Position numbers and translations under genes: made by a program
Source of the DNA: a virus
Lineage: Duplodnaviria; Caudoviricetes
IMG/VR virus record: IMGVR_UViG_3300037295_000263
Location: 152,705-216,704 of that record
Reading direction: 5' to 3' (one strand)
DNA length: 64,000 nucleotides
Part shown: positions 10,232 through 19,910 of the stretch, in pieces
Position numbering within the stretch: the first letter of the stretch is position 1
Layout of the letters: the number at the start of each line of letters is the position of its first letter
The notes under the pieces: generated by a model
Database searches by the model: none
The model's input: only the letters and a program-made list of their open reading frames with translations
What the model was told of the DNA's origin: nothing

Positions 10232-10899
10232 AGATTGGATTTTACGGCGATAGCTTTTGTAATGAGGTGAACAATGCACATAATTTGTACTACAAGTATG
10301 AAACGTACATAAAAAAATTAAAAAAGCATTACAATGCTGACATTACGCATTTGGGCACAGGCGGAAGTTCTCATTGGGACGTTATTCTAAATCAATTTAA
10401 AATCGATAATAATTTACCAGATGTTTGTATTTTTTGTTGGACTGATTATGCTAGATTATATAATTCAAAAGTTCGAGACTTAACATATAATTCAGTACTA
10501 TCGGCCAAAGCTAAAGATTGGAAGCCCAACAGGTTATTAAATCCTTTTATACATACCGCAGCAAAACACTATTTTAACCATTTATACGATAATGATAAAT
10601 CTATGATTGAATATCTTTCAGCATTATATTATTTTGATAAAATGATTCTGTCTCAAATAAGCAGTAGTACTAAAATTATACATTTATGGAGTTTTAATAG
10701 CAACGGTCATCGTTGGACCACTGGGCTCACTGTAAAAACACCACTAGTATCAATAACTAATCTCAAAGACGAATTGCCTAATAGTAGTATTGGTCCAAAT
10801 CATTTCGGTGATGCAAATAAAAATCAGATAGCATTTGAATGGATAAAAGAAGCAATTGACAATTATCAGCTAGGGGACGAATTAGAGTTTAAGATTTAA
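10228..10899 (+). CDS. SGNH/GDSL hydrolase-like protein
   Basis: IGFYGDSF block I, GTGGSS block II, C-terminal PNHF. Confidence 0.65.
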   Translation: MKIGFYGDSFCNEVNNAHNLYYKYETYIKKLKKHYNADITHLGTGGSSHWDVILNQFKIDNNLPDVCIFCWTDYARLYNSKVRDLTYNSVLSAKAKDWKPNRLLNPFIHTAAKHYFNHLYDNDKSMIEYLSALYYFDKMILSQISSSTKIIHLWSFNSNGHRWTTGLTVKTPLVSITNLKDELPNSSIGPNHFGDANKNQIAFEWIKEAIDNYQLGDELEFKI

Positions 10900-12134
10900 T
10901 TCCATTCTTGGTTAAATCTCCAAGTTGGTTTTTTAAGTAAAGACAAAGGTATCGATTCAAACTCTCGAGCTCTTCCTTGACACGGCGCATCGATAAATCC
11001 AGCTGAAGCTCTTGAAGAAAATGTTATATACGATTCGGGGGAAATATCTTTAATAGCTTCGAGTAATTGATTCTCTTTATATAGTCGATAAGACATCGGA
11101 CTTAGTGCAATAGTTCCTTCGTAACAAAAGATATTAGACAAGCTAATCATTAATCTATTTTTATCTGTTGGTATTTGTCTGATTAAATTTAAAAAACTAG
11201 TTTGATCTGCTAATAAATCAGAATGTATATATTCGTATTTTATATTTTTTTTCTTAGGGGCATGCTTTTTCCAATAATCGATAGCATTTAGATTATAATC
11301 ATAAAATACTACTTTAGATTTAACTTTTGGATCTAGCCAATCGAACCATAATGTGCCACTTGCTGGAATTACAATAGCATCCAGAAGATTTTCTATTTTA
11401 AATGATTGTTCTGTATTACGAATATGAATCATTTCAAGAGCACAGTAGCGTTCTCTAAAATAAATCCACTGAGTAGATTTTAGAAAGTCTATATTCGATT
11501 CCGGGTAATAATGCTTCTTGCTATTCCTAAACTCTTCGTTGAAAATAATAATAGGGAAGTTTTTCTCAAATCCTGCTTTTAAAATATTCCACCCATGGCA
11601 TGCATGATTGTACAATTTCTTAGACTTTCCTTTAAAAACTTCTTTAGGGGTATAATCGTCGTGATGATTGGTCGTACTTCTTCCGGGTTTGGTCTGTTTA
11701 TGAGAAAATCCTAGTTGCTGATTTCCTACATCCGGTTGATTTATTTTTTTATACAATTCTAAATTTAAAATATAGCATTGTTGGTGTAATTCGTAATATG
11801 CATCTTTTCTGTCAAGAACATGGCCGCAGATAAAAAAATCTTGTTTTATTATTTTTTCTAAATTTTTAAAAAACGAATCGCCGTCTATAAATTCTGTTCC
11901 TGTACTGAATACAACCGCATGTTTATATCCTAACTGGGCTACATGACGAATTAACTGATCTTCGTCTAGTCCTTGATATAAATCGTATTTTTTGTGAAAT
12001 ATATTTGATATTACAAAATCAGATATATTTTTAATTATTTCTTTAGCCCATTCCGATTGTATCGACGCTGTTCTGTCAACAAGGCAAAATGCTACTGAAG
12101 ACTTTGTACTACTTTTAAATTCTATAATGTTCAT
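10896..12134 (-). CDS. Hypothetical protein, 412 aa (possible C-terminal Rossmann/methyltransferase-like part)
   Basis: Long ORF; VVFYDYNLNAIDYWKK..IHSDLL pattern only weakly suggestive. Confidence 0.6.
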   Translation of the reverse strand: MNIIEFKSSTKSSVAFCLVDRTASIQSEWAKEIIKNISDFVISNIFHKKYDLYQGLDEDQLIRHVAQLGYKHAVVFSTGTEFIDGDSFFKNLEKIIKQDFFICGHVLDRKDAYYELHQQCYILNLELYKKINQPDVGNQQLGFSHKQTKPGRSTTNHHDDYTPKEVFKGKSKKLYNHACHGWNILKAGFEKNFPIIIFNEEFRNSKKHYYPESNIDFLKSTQWIYFRERYCALEMIHIRNTEQSFKIENLLDAIVIPASGTLWFDWLDPKVKSKVVFYDYNLNAIDYWKKHAPKKKNIKYEYIHSDLLADQTSFLNLIRQIPTDKNRLMISLSNIFCYEGTIALSPMSYRLYKENQLLEAIKDISPESYITFSSRASAGFIDAPCQGRAREFESIPLSLLKKPTWRFNQEWN

Positions 12135-12867
12135 ATTGTTTTTTGTAGCTGTTAGCTATAAGAGTTGCGAATTGAGAAATCTGTGTACCGTATCCAAAGC
12201 TATGTCCAATAACGTGTACACGCGGAGTATTAGAGAAATTTAATACCGAATGAGTATGCCTAATATTTATTATAAACATCTTACCTTGTTTAAACGGAAC
12301 TATTCCTTTGCCCTCTAAAACCATAAAACATTCTGCTGGATGAATAACTGCAATATTAACAGGTACTCCGAATTGTAATGCATCGAAGTTGTCCTCCCCC
12401 GGAAGTCTACCAGGCATGTCGCTATGTGGATGAATTGCACTATCAGGCATTAATTCCATAAACCTTATTCGCCTATAGCTATCTGAAGGAAATTTACTTT
12501 GCCAAAAATCTTTAATTACAGGAGTAGTTACTGACAAGCTAGTCCAGTTATAGGGAACTTGCGATTCTTCTGTATAACCGTATCTATTCCACGAACCCGT
12601 TTTATCAATCGATATGCCATGTATACAACAACTATTCCACCCTTGATTATCTCGATGTTCCACAAAGTGCATTTTAGCATTGTTAGATTCCTGCTGCCAT
12701 TGTGGCAAATCTATAGGAATATCTAACTCAATCCATCCGAAGTCGGAGTAGTTTAGTAACCAATTAGCAATTTCTGTATCAGTAGTTAGATTAGAAGGTA
12801 TAGGGTCCAGAGTCCAGTTACAAGATTTATTTTTATTGAAAAAATCTAAAGCAGAGTTTGTTATCAT
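12115..12867 (-). CDS. Asp/Asn beta-hydroxylase-like 2OG-Fe(II) oxygenase
   Basis: RIRFMELMPDSAIHPHSD; HTHSVLNFSNTPRVHVIG. Confidence 0.8.
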   Translation of the reverse strand: MITNSALDFFNKNKSCNWTLDPIPSNLTTDTEIANWLLNYSDFGWIELDIPIDLPQWQQESNNAKMHFVEHRDNQGWNSCCIHGISIDKTGSWNRYGYTEESQVPYNWTSLSVTTPVIKDFWQSKFPSDSYRRIRFMELMPDSAIHPHSDMPGRLPGEDNFDALQFGVPVNIAVIHPAECFMVLEGKGIVPFKQGKMFIINIRHTHSVLNFSNTPRVHVIGHSFGYGTQISQFATLIANSYKKQYEHYRI

Positions 12868-14000
12868 GGCAAGGTGTAGTTTTTAATTGGTATTACATTA
12901 TTATAAGATTTTTTTACAGAAAAATCATTATTACTAGGGCACATATCACATTGAGGTACTGACTGGAATTTAGATCCAGAAAACGCAGTAACCTGCTCTG
13001 CTGTACAATTTTCTAAGTCTAGTGGATTGTACTGTAAGTACTGCTTCCAGGCTGTATCTTCTTTTGATTTATGTAGTTGTAAAAATTTCTCTAAAGTTCC
13101 TAGTGCTCCACATTTATACAATTTAGTTTCAAATAAAAAACTACAAAATGGACTACAGCATCCGTTCTCATAAGACATTTGTGGATCGCCACTGGCAAAC
13201 GGCTTAGGTTTTCCGTTTTGCAAATAGTAATGAGACTTAAACTCGTTTTGATCTTTAAACAATATTATGATAGTTCTATCGTTGTTAGTGTATGCAAAAT
13301 TACCCCCAAGGTCTTCTGTTGCTTTTCCGCTACGATTAAGGAATTCTTGCCAATCTGGATCTGCACTTTGGTTATATAGATCGAAATGCAGATCAGATAT
13401 TTCAAACATTGGTACTTGTTTTAAGTTAAGTTTTTTAACAATTTCCATGCAGTTATTAGATAATTGAGAAGATAATGTTTTATCTGCAAATGCAGAAAAA
13501 TGATTTGAAATAGAAAGGGTAATTTTATAATTTTCTATAATATCGAGCACAGAGCTTTGAAATTTATTAATTAGTGTTCCGTTGGACGGAAGGAAAATAT
13601 TGGTCGACGGAGCGATTGATCTAATATGTTCCAACAGGTTTTTAGTTTTGTCTAAGTATAACAAAGGTTCACCGCCCAACAATGAGTAGTTGTCTATTTT
13701 AAAATTTTCAGATGCTAATAATATCCCCAGTTTTGTTTTTTCTAAATCCGGGTCTAATTTCTTAGTTCGTATTTCATCGCTTCTGGTATCACATTGCTTA
13801 CAGGTAAGATTGCATTGGTTGCCAATAAAGACGTCGAGAATTTTTAAACTATTCATAAGTATAATTATGCAAAAACACATCTGATAAGTAGTATTATGGA
13901 TAGAGCATATACCGACTTCGTGTCTTTTTACATTACTAATGTCTGCGGACTTAGTTGCAAAGGATGTGCTAGTTTTAATAACTACGCAGTAAAGCACCAT
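12864..14000 (-). CDS. Radical SAM protein (likely start MNSLK at 13856)
   Basis: CNLTCKQC, LLGGEPL, PSNGT; C-terminal CCSPFC...YKC...CDMC. Confidence 0.88.
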   Translation of the reverse strand: MVLYCVVIKTSTSFATKSADISNVKRHEVGICSIHNTTYQMCFCIIILMNSLKILDVFIGNQCNLTCKQCDTRSDEIRTKKLDPDLEKTKLGILLASENFKIDNYSLLGGEPLLYLDKTKNLLEHIRSIAPSTNIFLPSNGTLINKFQSSVLDIIENYKITLSISNHFSAFADKTLSSQLSNNCMEIVKKLNLKQVPMFEISDLHFDLYNQSADPDWQEFLNRSGKATEDLGGNFAYTNNDRTIIILFKDQNEFKSHYYLQNGKPKPFASGDPQMSYENGCCSPFCSFLFETKLYKCGALGTLEKFLQLHKSKEDTAWKQYLQYNPLDLENCTAEQVTAFSGSKFQSVPQCDMCPSNNDFSVKKSYNNVIPIKNYTLP

Positions 14001-14771
14001 TATAAATGGGAAGTTGCTAGAGAAAAAACTTATAAATGGGGAACTCTATTATCAACCAGGCAAATTAGTATAATCGGCGGCGAGCCATTGCTAAATCCAG
14101 AAATTGATCTTTGGGTTGCTGGCATCAGAGATGCATTCCGACACGTTGACGATATACGAGTATACACAGGGCTTACCGGAAAGAGTTTACTAAGATACAA
14201 GGATCAAATTAGAAAATGGTTAAGTCAAAATGTTATAATACAAATTAGTGTACACGATCCTTCTTGGTGGGAAGAATCTATTGAAACTGCCTGTGAGATT
14301 TTAGAAGGCTTGGATTTTGAAATTCAAAAAACAATAGACCAGGGAACTTTCCCATTAAAAGCTGTCAATTTTATATCCCCCGAAGGAGTAGTACTTTTCT
14401 CTATGTTAGAACAATGGGCATTTTTCCCCAGCGCAATACAAAAAGTGCAAAATGGTACTATATATTTCCATAACAACGATCCTGAAAAATCTCATGCAGC
14501 GTGTCATTGTAAAGATTGCCATTATCTAGTAGATGGGGATATGTATAAGTGTGTCATTACTGGAACTGCAAAAATGGTACTGGATCAATTGCCCATAGAT
14601 CAAAGGTCATCGGAATTACTTAAACAGGTTAAAGGATTAGATCCATTTATCGACGGGTGGAACCCAAATATTAAAGAAGTAATTCCGCAGTGTTCGCTAT
14701 GTACTAGCGATACGCAAACACGGGTAATGGCATTTCCTATTCCTGTTAAAAAAGAAAAAATACCAAAATGA
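13896..14771 (+). CDS. Radical SAM protein, divergent paralogue of 12864-13856
   Basis: CGLSCKGC, IIGGEPL; CHCKDC...YKC...CSLC. Confidence 0.88.
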   Translation: MDRAYTDFVSFYITNVCGLSCKGCASFNNYAVKHHYKWEVAREKTYKWGTLLSTRQISIIGGEPLLNPEIDLWVAGIRDAFRHVDDIRVYTGLTGKSLLRYKDQIRKWLSQNVIIQISVHDPSWWEESIETACEILEGLDFEIQKTIDQGTFPLKAVNFISPEGVVLFSMLEQWAFFPSAIQKVQNGTIYFHNNDPEKSHAACHCKDCHYLVDGDMYKCVITGTAKMVLDQLPIDQRSSELLKQVKGLDPFIDGWNPNIKEVIPQCSLCTSDTQTRVMAFPIPVKKEKIPK

Positions 14772-15694
14772 CTATTAGATATCCTTACGATAAAAGGCAT
14801 TTGAATTTTGGAAATTCGTCTGCTATAAAAGATCCTGCAGTATTGTCGTTATTATCTAATTTAAATTTAAATTTAGTAGATATTTTACAAAACGAACGGA
14901 TTGTTAAAGAATTTATAAACGATTACAAAACGTGGATTGAATCTTCTAAATTAAATAAAATAAAAGGCCTTGCAGATTTTAACTATGCATGCTACTCTAA
15001 TGGAACTACTGAAGCATTTGATAAGTTTTATTTAAAAAATAACACTAGACGATTTAGATGCTTTCACGGCGAATATATGTATCATCAACTAATGTGGAGG
15101 AATTGTTATCCTTCTTGGGAATTTATTAGTGACTGCGATCTAGATATCAACGATGCAGTTGTAATTAGTTTGCCTTTTGCCGATACAGGAAATCAACATT
15201 CTGAATATAAAAAATTAATTGCTACTTGCGAAAAACTTAATGTTCCAGTTTTAGTCGACTGTGCATATTTAGGAATTTGCCAAGGTATTGAATTTGACTT
15301 TTCTAGTACTTGTATAACTGATGTGACTTTTAGCTTATCAAAAACTTTTCCTATATCGCATGCAAGGATAGGACTAAGGCTCACACGTAGCGACAATGAC
15401 GATTCTTTATTTGTTGTAAATAAGGGCGACTATGTTAATCGTCTAGGTGCATATATAGGCTCAACACTAATTAAGAATTTTTCTTCCGATTATATTGTTA
15501 CCGAATATCGAGACATTCAAACAAAATTTTGTAACCACCTTAAGGTAGTGCCAAGTAATACTGTGCTATTTGGCATTGGCAATTTATTGTGGAATGAATA
15601 TAATCGAGGTAGAGGATCGAATCGTTTAAGTTTCCATAACTACTATCATTTACAGTCTGATAAATTTTATGAAGAAAATTCTCCCCGTGCCTAA
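14768..15694 (+). CDS. PLP-dependent fold-type I enzyme (aminotransferase-like)
   Basis: SNGTTEAF, VLVDCAY, FSLSKTF (Schiff-base Lys), RIGLR. Confidence 0.8.
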   Translation: MTIRYPYDKRHLNFGNSSAIKDPAVLSLLSNLNLNLVDILQNERIVKEFINDYKTWIESSKLNKIKGLADFNYACYSNGTTEAFDKFYLKNNTRRFRCFHGEYMYHQLMWRNCYPSWEFISDCDLDINDAVVISLPFADTGNQHSEYKKLIATCEKLNVPVLVDCAYLGICQGIEFDFSSTCITDVTFSLSKTFPISHARIGLRLTRSDNDDSLFVVNKGDYVNRLGAYIGSTLIKNFSSDYIVTEYRDIQTKFCNHLKVVPSNTVLFGIGNLLWNEYNRGRGSNRLSFHNYYHLQSDKFYEENSPRA

Positions 15695-16865
15695 CGCTAA
15701 AATATTAAATTTTGAATTATTGTACTTAAATGAGAATAACTACTCAGATCAAAAAATTGCTGATGTTAATTTTAGATTAGTATCTGCTGATATTAAAAAT
15801 GCAGCAAAGGAAGGTTGCGATACAATATTTGGATTGTTATTGCTAGATGGATTTTTATATAAAAACAATACATTGTTTTTTGATTGGTTACGATCTATAG
15901 AAAAATTATGCTATCAAGAAAATATACATAATCTTATATTAGTTCCAGGGATGTGTGAAGATTTTAAAAATGTATTAGAACAACAGGAAATAACTGCCAA
16001 TATAGAATTTTTTGATTTTACACACAGAATGGTGTACAATAGTTATTGTAATAAACTTGATACATTGCCTCGCTGGAATAAAGATGCAACAGATTTTCTT
16101 TTTCTGGGCGGAATTCCTTCTAGGCCGAATAGGATCAGGTTACTATCAAAATTTTATCAAAAGACAGGATTAAAAAATTGCAAGTGGAGTTTTTTTAAAC
16201 CGGTGTCCGATGAAGATAAATCCATTTGTAGATTGCTAATGAAAGATTTTTCCAATGAAGAATATCGAGATTTCGTTGATAGTTGCGAAAACTCTGTCGA
16301 TGACTTATATATCGAAACGCAAGAGTATTCACGGCTGACCGGCCCTGATATTATAAAAACTAATATATACAGTAAACCTTGGCTTAAAGACCCGGTGTGG
16401 ATAGATACTTCAATATTTGAAAATACTAAATTCAGTATCGTGTCAGAGGGCAACGCTTATCCTCCTGCAACTAGTTATAAATTCCTTACAGAAAAAACAT
16501 GGAGAGCTGTTGCAAATCGGCATCCTTTTATCATAGCAGGTCATGCAGATCAAATATATTATGCACATCGGCGTGGCTTATGCACCTTTGAAAATTATAT
16601 GGACTCGGATTTTTATAATTCCCCTGAAGAAGAAAAGTTTGATGCAATTGTACGCAATGCAACGGAATGGCTCGATAATTTAAACTTCCATGAAGTCAAC
16701 AACGATGTAGAAAAGAATTATCAAAGATTTTTAGAAATTGCTCAAGAGCAAAATTATTGGCTACAAACGTTAAACGAAGAATATCAAGTACCACTTGTAG
16801 AAATTAATAAATGGTTTAACCAGCTAGGATTTTCTCATTTAATAAGAGTGCCCGATGGATTCTAA
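15669..16865 (+). CDS. Putative glycosyltransferase-like protein (GT10/GT47-like C-terminus)
   Basis: FSIVSE...FLTEKTWRAVANRHPFII...FENY; paralogue of 37503-38693. Confidence 0.5.
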   Translation: MKKILPVPNAKILNFELLYLNENNYSDQKIADVNFRLVSADIKNAAKEGCDTIFGLLLLDGFLYKNNTLFFDWLRSIEKLCYQENIHNLILVPGMCEDFKNVLEQQEITANIEFFDFTHRMVYNSYCNKLDTLPRWNKDATDFLFLGGIPSRPNRIRLLSKFYQKTGLKNCKWSFFKPVSDEDKSICRLLMKDFSNEEYRDFVDSCENSVDDLYIETQEYSRLTGPDIIKTNIYSKPWLKDPVWIDTSIFENTKFSIVSEGNAYPPATSYKFLTEKTWRAVANRHPFIIAGHADQIYYAHRRGLCTFENYMDSDFYNSPEEEKFDAIVRNATEWLDNLNFHEVNNDVEKNYQRFLEIAQEQNYWLQTLNEEYQVPLVEINKWFNQLGFSHLIRVPDGF

Positions 16866-17778
16866 ATGTGCAGCATTTTGGCATCATACTAATATTCGAA
16901 GCGACAATCGAATCTTTCCATGTTGCCGATTTAAAGAACCTGTTGCTACATTCCATGGGACTGTAGATAATATTTTGCTACTACCCGAGTACGTGCAGTT
17001 AAGGAAACAAAGCTCTGAAGGCGAATATATATCTAGTTGCCAAAAATGCTACAAAGAAGAATCGCAAGGCAAACAAAGCCTGCGTCAAGTGTTTAACAAA
17101 GAATACAATACAGATACTGTTAGTTTAGAATATTTAGAAATTGGATTTGATAATATATGCAATTTAACTTGCGATGGTTGTTGGGAGGAATTTAGTTCGG
17201 AATGGGGCAAAAAACTTATGGTAGTAAAATCAAAAATTGTTAAGTCTACTGCCGAATTTACACAAATTTCTGATACTATTTCCAAAGTACTATTCTTAGG
17301 TGGCGAGCCTTTAATGACTACTCGACACCAAAAGTTTTTAGAATCATTTAACGATTTATCAAAATTAACGGTAATATACAATACTAACGGAACATTTTTG
17401 CTAGATGACAAAACTATAAATATTCTTAATCAGTGTAAGTCTGCAGAATTTATTGTAAGTATAGACGGATATGCTGACCTTAATTCCCGAGTACGACCAG
17501 GTAGTAATTGGAAGGATATCTTATTGTTAATAGATCAAATTAAGTCTCTACAATTTAAATTATCAGTACATTCAGTAATACATTTAAATAACTGGAAAGG
17601 ATTAAAAGAGTTATCTAAATTTGTTAAATCGTTAGATGTAAACTGGACAGTGAATGTGCTTACGTATCCACATCGTCTTGATATTATTAATATAGAAAAT
17701 AAACAAGAATTTATTAGTTTAATCGAAAGTATAGATGTTCCAACTAAAGAGTATATTATTGCACATGTTAAAATTTAA
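16855..17778 (+). CDS. Radical SAM protein with N-terminal twitch-like cluster
   Basis: KCAAFW..PCC..CQKCYKEE..SLR; CNLTCDGC, FLGGEP, YNTNGT, VSIDG. Confidence 0.92.
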   Translation: MDSKCAAFWHHTNIRSDNRIFPCCRFKEPVATFHGTVDNILLLPEYVQLRKQSSEGEYISSCQKCYKEESQGKQSLRQVFNKEYNTDTVSLEYLEIGFDNICNLTCDGCWEEFSSEWGKKLMVVKSKIVKSTAEFTQISDTISKVLFLGGEPLMTTRHQKFLESFNDLSKLTVIYNTNGTFLLDDKTINILNQCKSAEFIVSIDGYADLNSRVRPGSNWKDILLLIDQIKSLQFKLSVHSVIHLNNWKGLKELSKFVKSLDVNWTVNVLTYPHRLDIINIENKQEFISLIESIDVPTKEYIIAHVKI

Positions 17779-18364
17779 AAACTACGTCGATCATCAAATT
17801 ATAAATGATGCATTGTTTACTATCAAAAGCAGCGTCAAGGCCTTCGATTGGCGAGAACTTGGAAACTTGTTAAGGTTGGAAGAAAAAGATTTTTCTTCAT
17901 TTTTATTTTCTTGGTTTTCTTTAAAAACCGATGACTCCGGATCATATTTCGAATCTAGCGGTAGCTTTCCTGAACTTGACCAAACTAACTGTTCGTTGCC
18001 TAGTTCTGAATTATTGTCGATAGATTTACAACTATTAGATGCTCCGCAATTTAAAGAATTAAAAGAACTAGTAAACAATATTAAAGGCGTAGATTACGCA
18101 GGATTTATGTTTATGAGTCCTGGATCACATATACCTGCACACAACGACGGAGAAGTTAACAGTATAATAATAACATTAAACATAGAAGAAAATAATGCAG
18201 ATGCGTTTCTTAGAATTAATAAAGATCATTATTATTTTAGTAAATCAGAAATTTTTACATTCGATGCATCTATTCCACACGAAGCTAAGAATCTTTCAAA
18301 AACTGACTGGATTATGTTCGTGTTAAGAATAGAAAAAGAATATTTCACAAAGGAAGAATATTGA
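17735..18364 (+). CDS. Asp/Asn beta-hydroxylase-like 2OG-Fe(II) oxygenase
   Basis: MSPGSHIPAHND; FDASIPHEAKN..W. Confidence 0.8.
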   Translation: MFQLKSILLHMLKFKNYVDHQIINDALFTIKSSVKAFDWRELGNLLRLEEKDFSSFLFSWFSLKTDDSGSYFESSGSFPELDQTNCSLPSSELLSIDLQLLDAPQFKELKELVNNIKGVDYAGFMFMSPGSHIPAHNDGEVNSIIITLNIEENNADAFLRINKDHYYFSKSEIFTFDASIPHEAKNLSKTDWIMFVLRIEKEYFTKEEY

Positions 18365-19416
18365 AAGTATTAACAAACAACCACTGGGACCCGTTACAAG
18401 AAATTATTGTAGGGATTGCTGACTATGCAAGAGTTCCTACAGTAGACAGAAGCACAATGAGCATGAGTTATACAAATCATCCTATAGACTTAATCAAACC
18501 ATTAGAGGGAGAGTATCCCAGATGGCTGATAGACGAAGCCAACGAAGACTTGCAAGGGTTAGTGGATGTGCTATCAAAAGCAGGAGTCATAGTGCATAGA
18601 CCTGCTGCTATAGACCATAGCGTAGAATTTAGTACTCCGGATTGGAAAACGACTGGATGGTATACATGGTGTCCGCGTGATTTATTATTACCTTTAAATA
18701 ATTTAGTAATAGAGACTCCGAGTGCATGTCGCGCAAGACACTACGAAACTCGAGCATATAAACATATCATGTTAGAAGCAATTAACGATGGAGTCGAATG
18801 GATTGCAGCACCTAAACCTACGTTACTAGACAATAGCTATCAATTTGAAGATATTGACGGTAAGCCTAGCTTACTAAATTTAGAGCCTATTTTTGATGCA
18901 CCTAACTGTGTAAGAATGGGTAAAGATATATTGTTTCAAATTTCTAATACAGGAAATCACTGGGGATTAAAATGGCTACAAAATACATTAACCCCCCGGG
19001 GATACAATATACATCCTGCTGAACACATTTACAGCTACGGGCATTTTGATAGTACTATAGTGCCTTTACGTCCAGGGTTAGTGTTGCTGAACAGCAGCAG
19101 AGTAACTAAGGAAAATTGTCCTAAGATTTTTGAAAAATGGGATAAAATATGGTTTGACGACTGCATTTCTCAAGGAAGTAAAATTCCAGGAGGAGTAGCA
19201 CCATGTAGTCCGTATATAGGTATGAATATATTAAGCATCGATCATAATACTGTTGTTGTAGATGATACACAGATTCCACTGATGCGAGAATTGGAAAAAT
19301 ATAATATCACTAGTGTTCCTATTAGATTTAGACACGCAATGACTCTAAGTGGTGGTATACATTGCACAACTTTGGATCTTCGTAGAAAAGGGTCGCTTGA
19401 AGATTATTTTTCATGA
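18361..19416 (+). CDS. Amidinotransferase (glycine/inosamine-phosphate amidinotransferase family)
   Basis: WDPLQEIIVG, CPRD, FDAPN, GHFDST, C-terminal GGIHCTTLDLRR with catalytic Cys; TTG start. Confidence 0.9.
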   Translation: MKVLTNNHWDPLQEIIVGIADYARVPTVDRSTMSMSYTNHPIDLIKPLEGEYPRWLIDEANEDLQGLVDVLSKAGVIVHRPAAIDHSVEFSTPDWKTTGWYTWCPRDLLLPLNNLVIETPSACRARHYETRAYKHIMLEAINDGVEWIAAPKPTLLDNSYQFEDIDGKPSLLNLEPIFDAPNCVRMGKDILFQISNTGNHWGLKWLQNTLTPRGYNIHPAEHIYSYGHFDSTIVPLRPGLVLLNSSRVTKENCPKIFEKWDKIWFDDCISQGSKIPGGVAPCSPYIGMNILSIDHNTVVVDDTQIPLMRELEKYNITSVPIRFRHAMTLSGGIHCTTLDLRRKGSLEDYFS

Positions 19417-19910
19417 TACGATTTTTCGGAACTATCGAAGATTTTTGGTCAGCCGATTTAAAAAGCTATCAATTTGTAAATAGATATTCTGCAGGACAAC
19501 GATCTTCTTTTCATAAAAACTATTCAAATACAAACAATGATCTACTGCAAGGATTTGATAGCGAGCTACCAGTAAAAGGAAGATTATTCCTCCAGCAACT
19601 AAAGTTAACAATTGGAACAGTATCCTGGACATGCATTGAACCAGGTCAATCTATTCCAGTGCATACTGATGCATTTTATAAATTTAGAATAGAAAACGAT
19701 ATCGACATCAGCCAGTGTATAAGATATTTAATATTTTTACAAGATTGGAGTTTTGGGCATGTAGTAGAATTTGAAGAGCTGTCACTTACTAAGTGGAAAT
19801 GTGGCGACGTCTGGGTGTTTGATCACAATTCTAAACATTTTGCATCAAATGCAAGCAATACCGATTTTATAACATGTCAAGTGAATACAATAGTAAATAC
19901 TGGTACTTAA
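19413..19910 (+). CDS. 2OG-Fe(II) oxygenase-like protein
   Basis: IEPGQSIPVHTD; KHFASNAS. Confidence 0.75.
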   Translation: MIRFFGTIEDFWSADLKSYQFVNRYSAGQRSSFHKNYSNTNNDLLQGFDSELPVKGRLFLQQLKLTIGTVSWTCIEPGQSIPVHTDAFYKFRIENDIDISQCIRYLIFLQDWSFGHVVEFEELSLTKWKCGDVWVFDHNSKHFASNASNTDFITCQVNTIVNTGT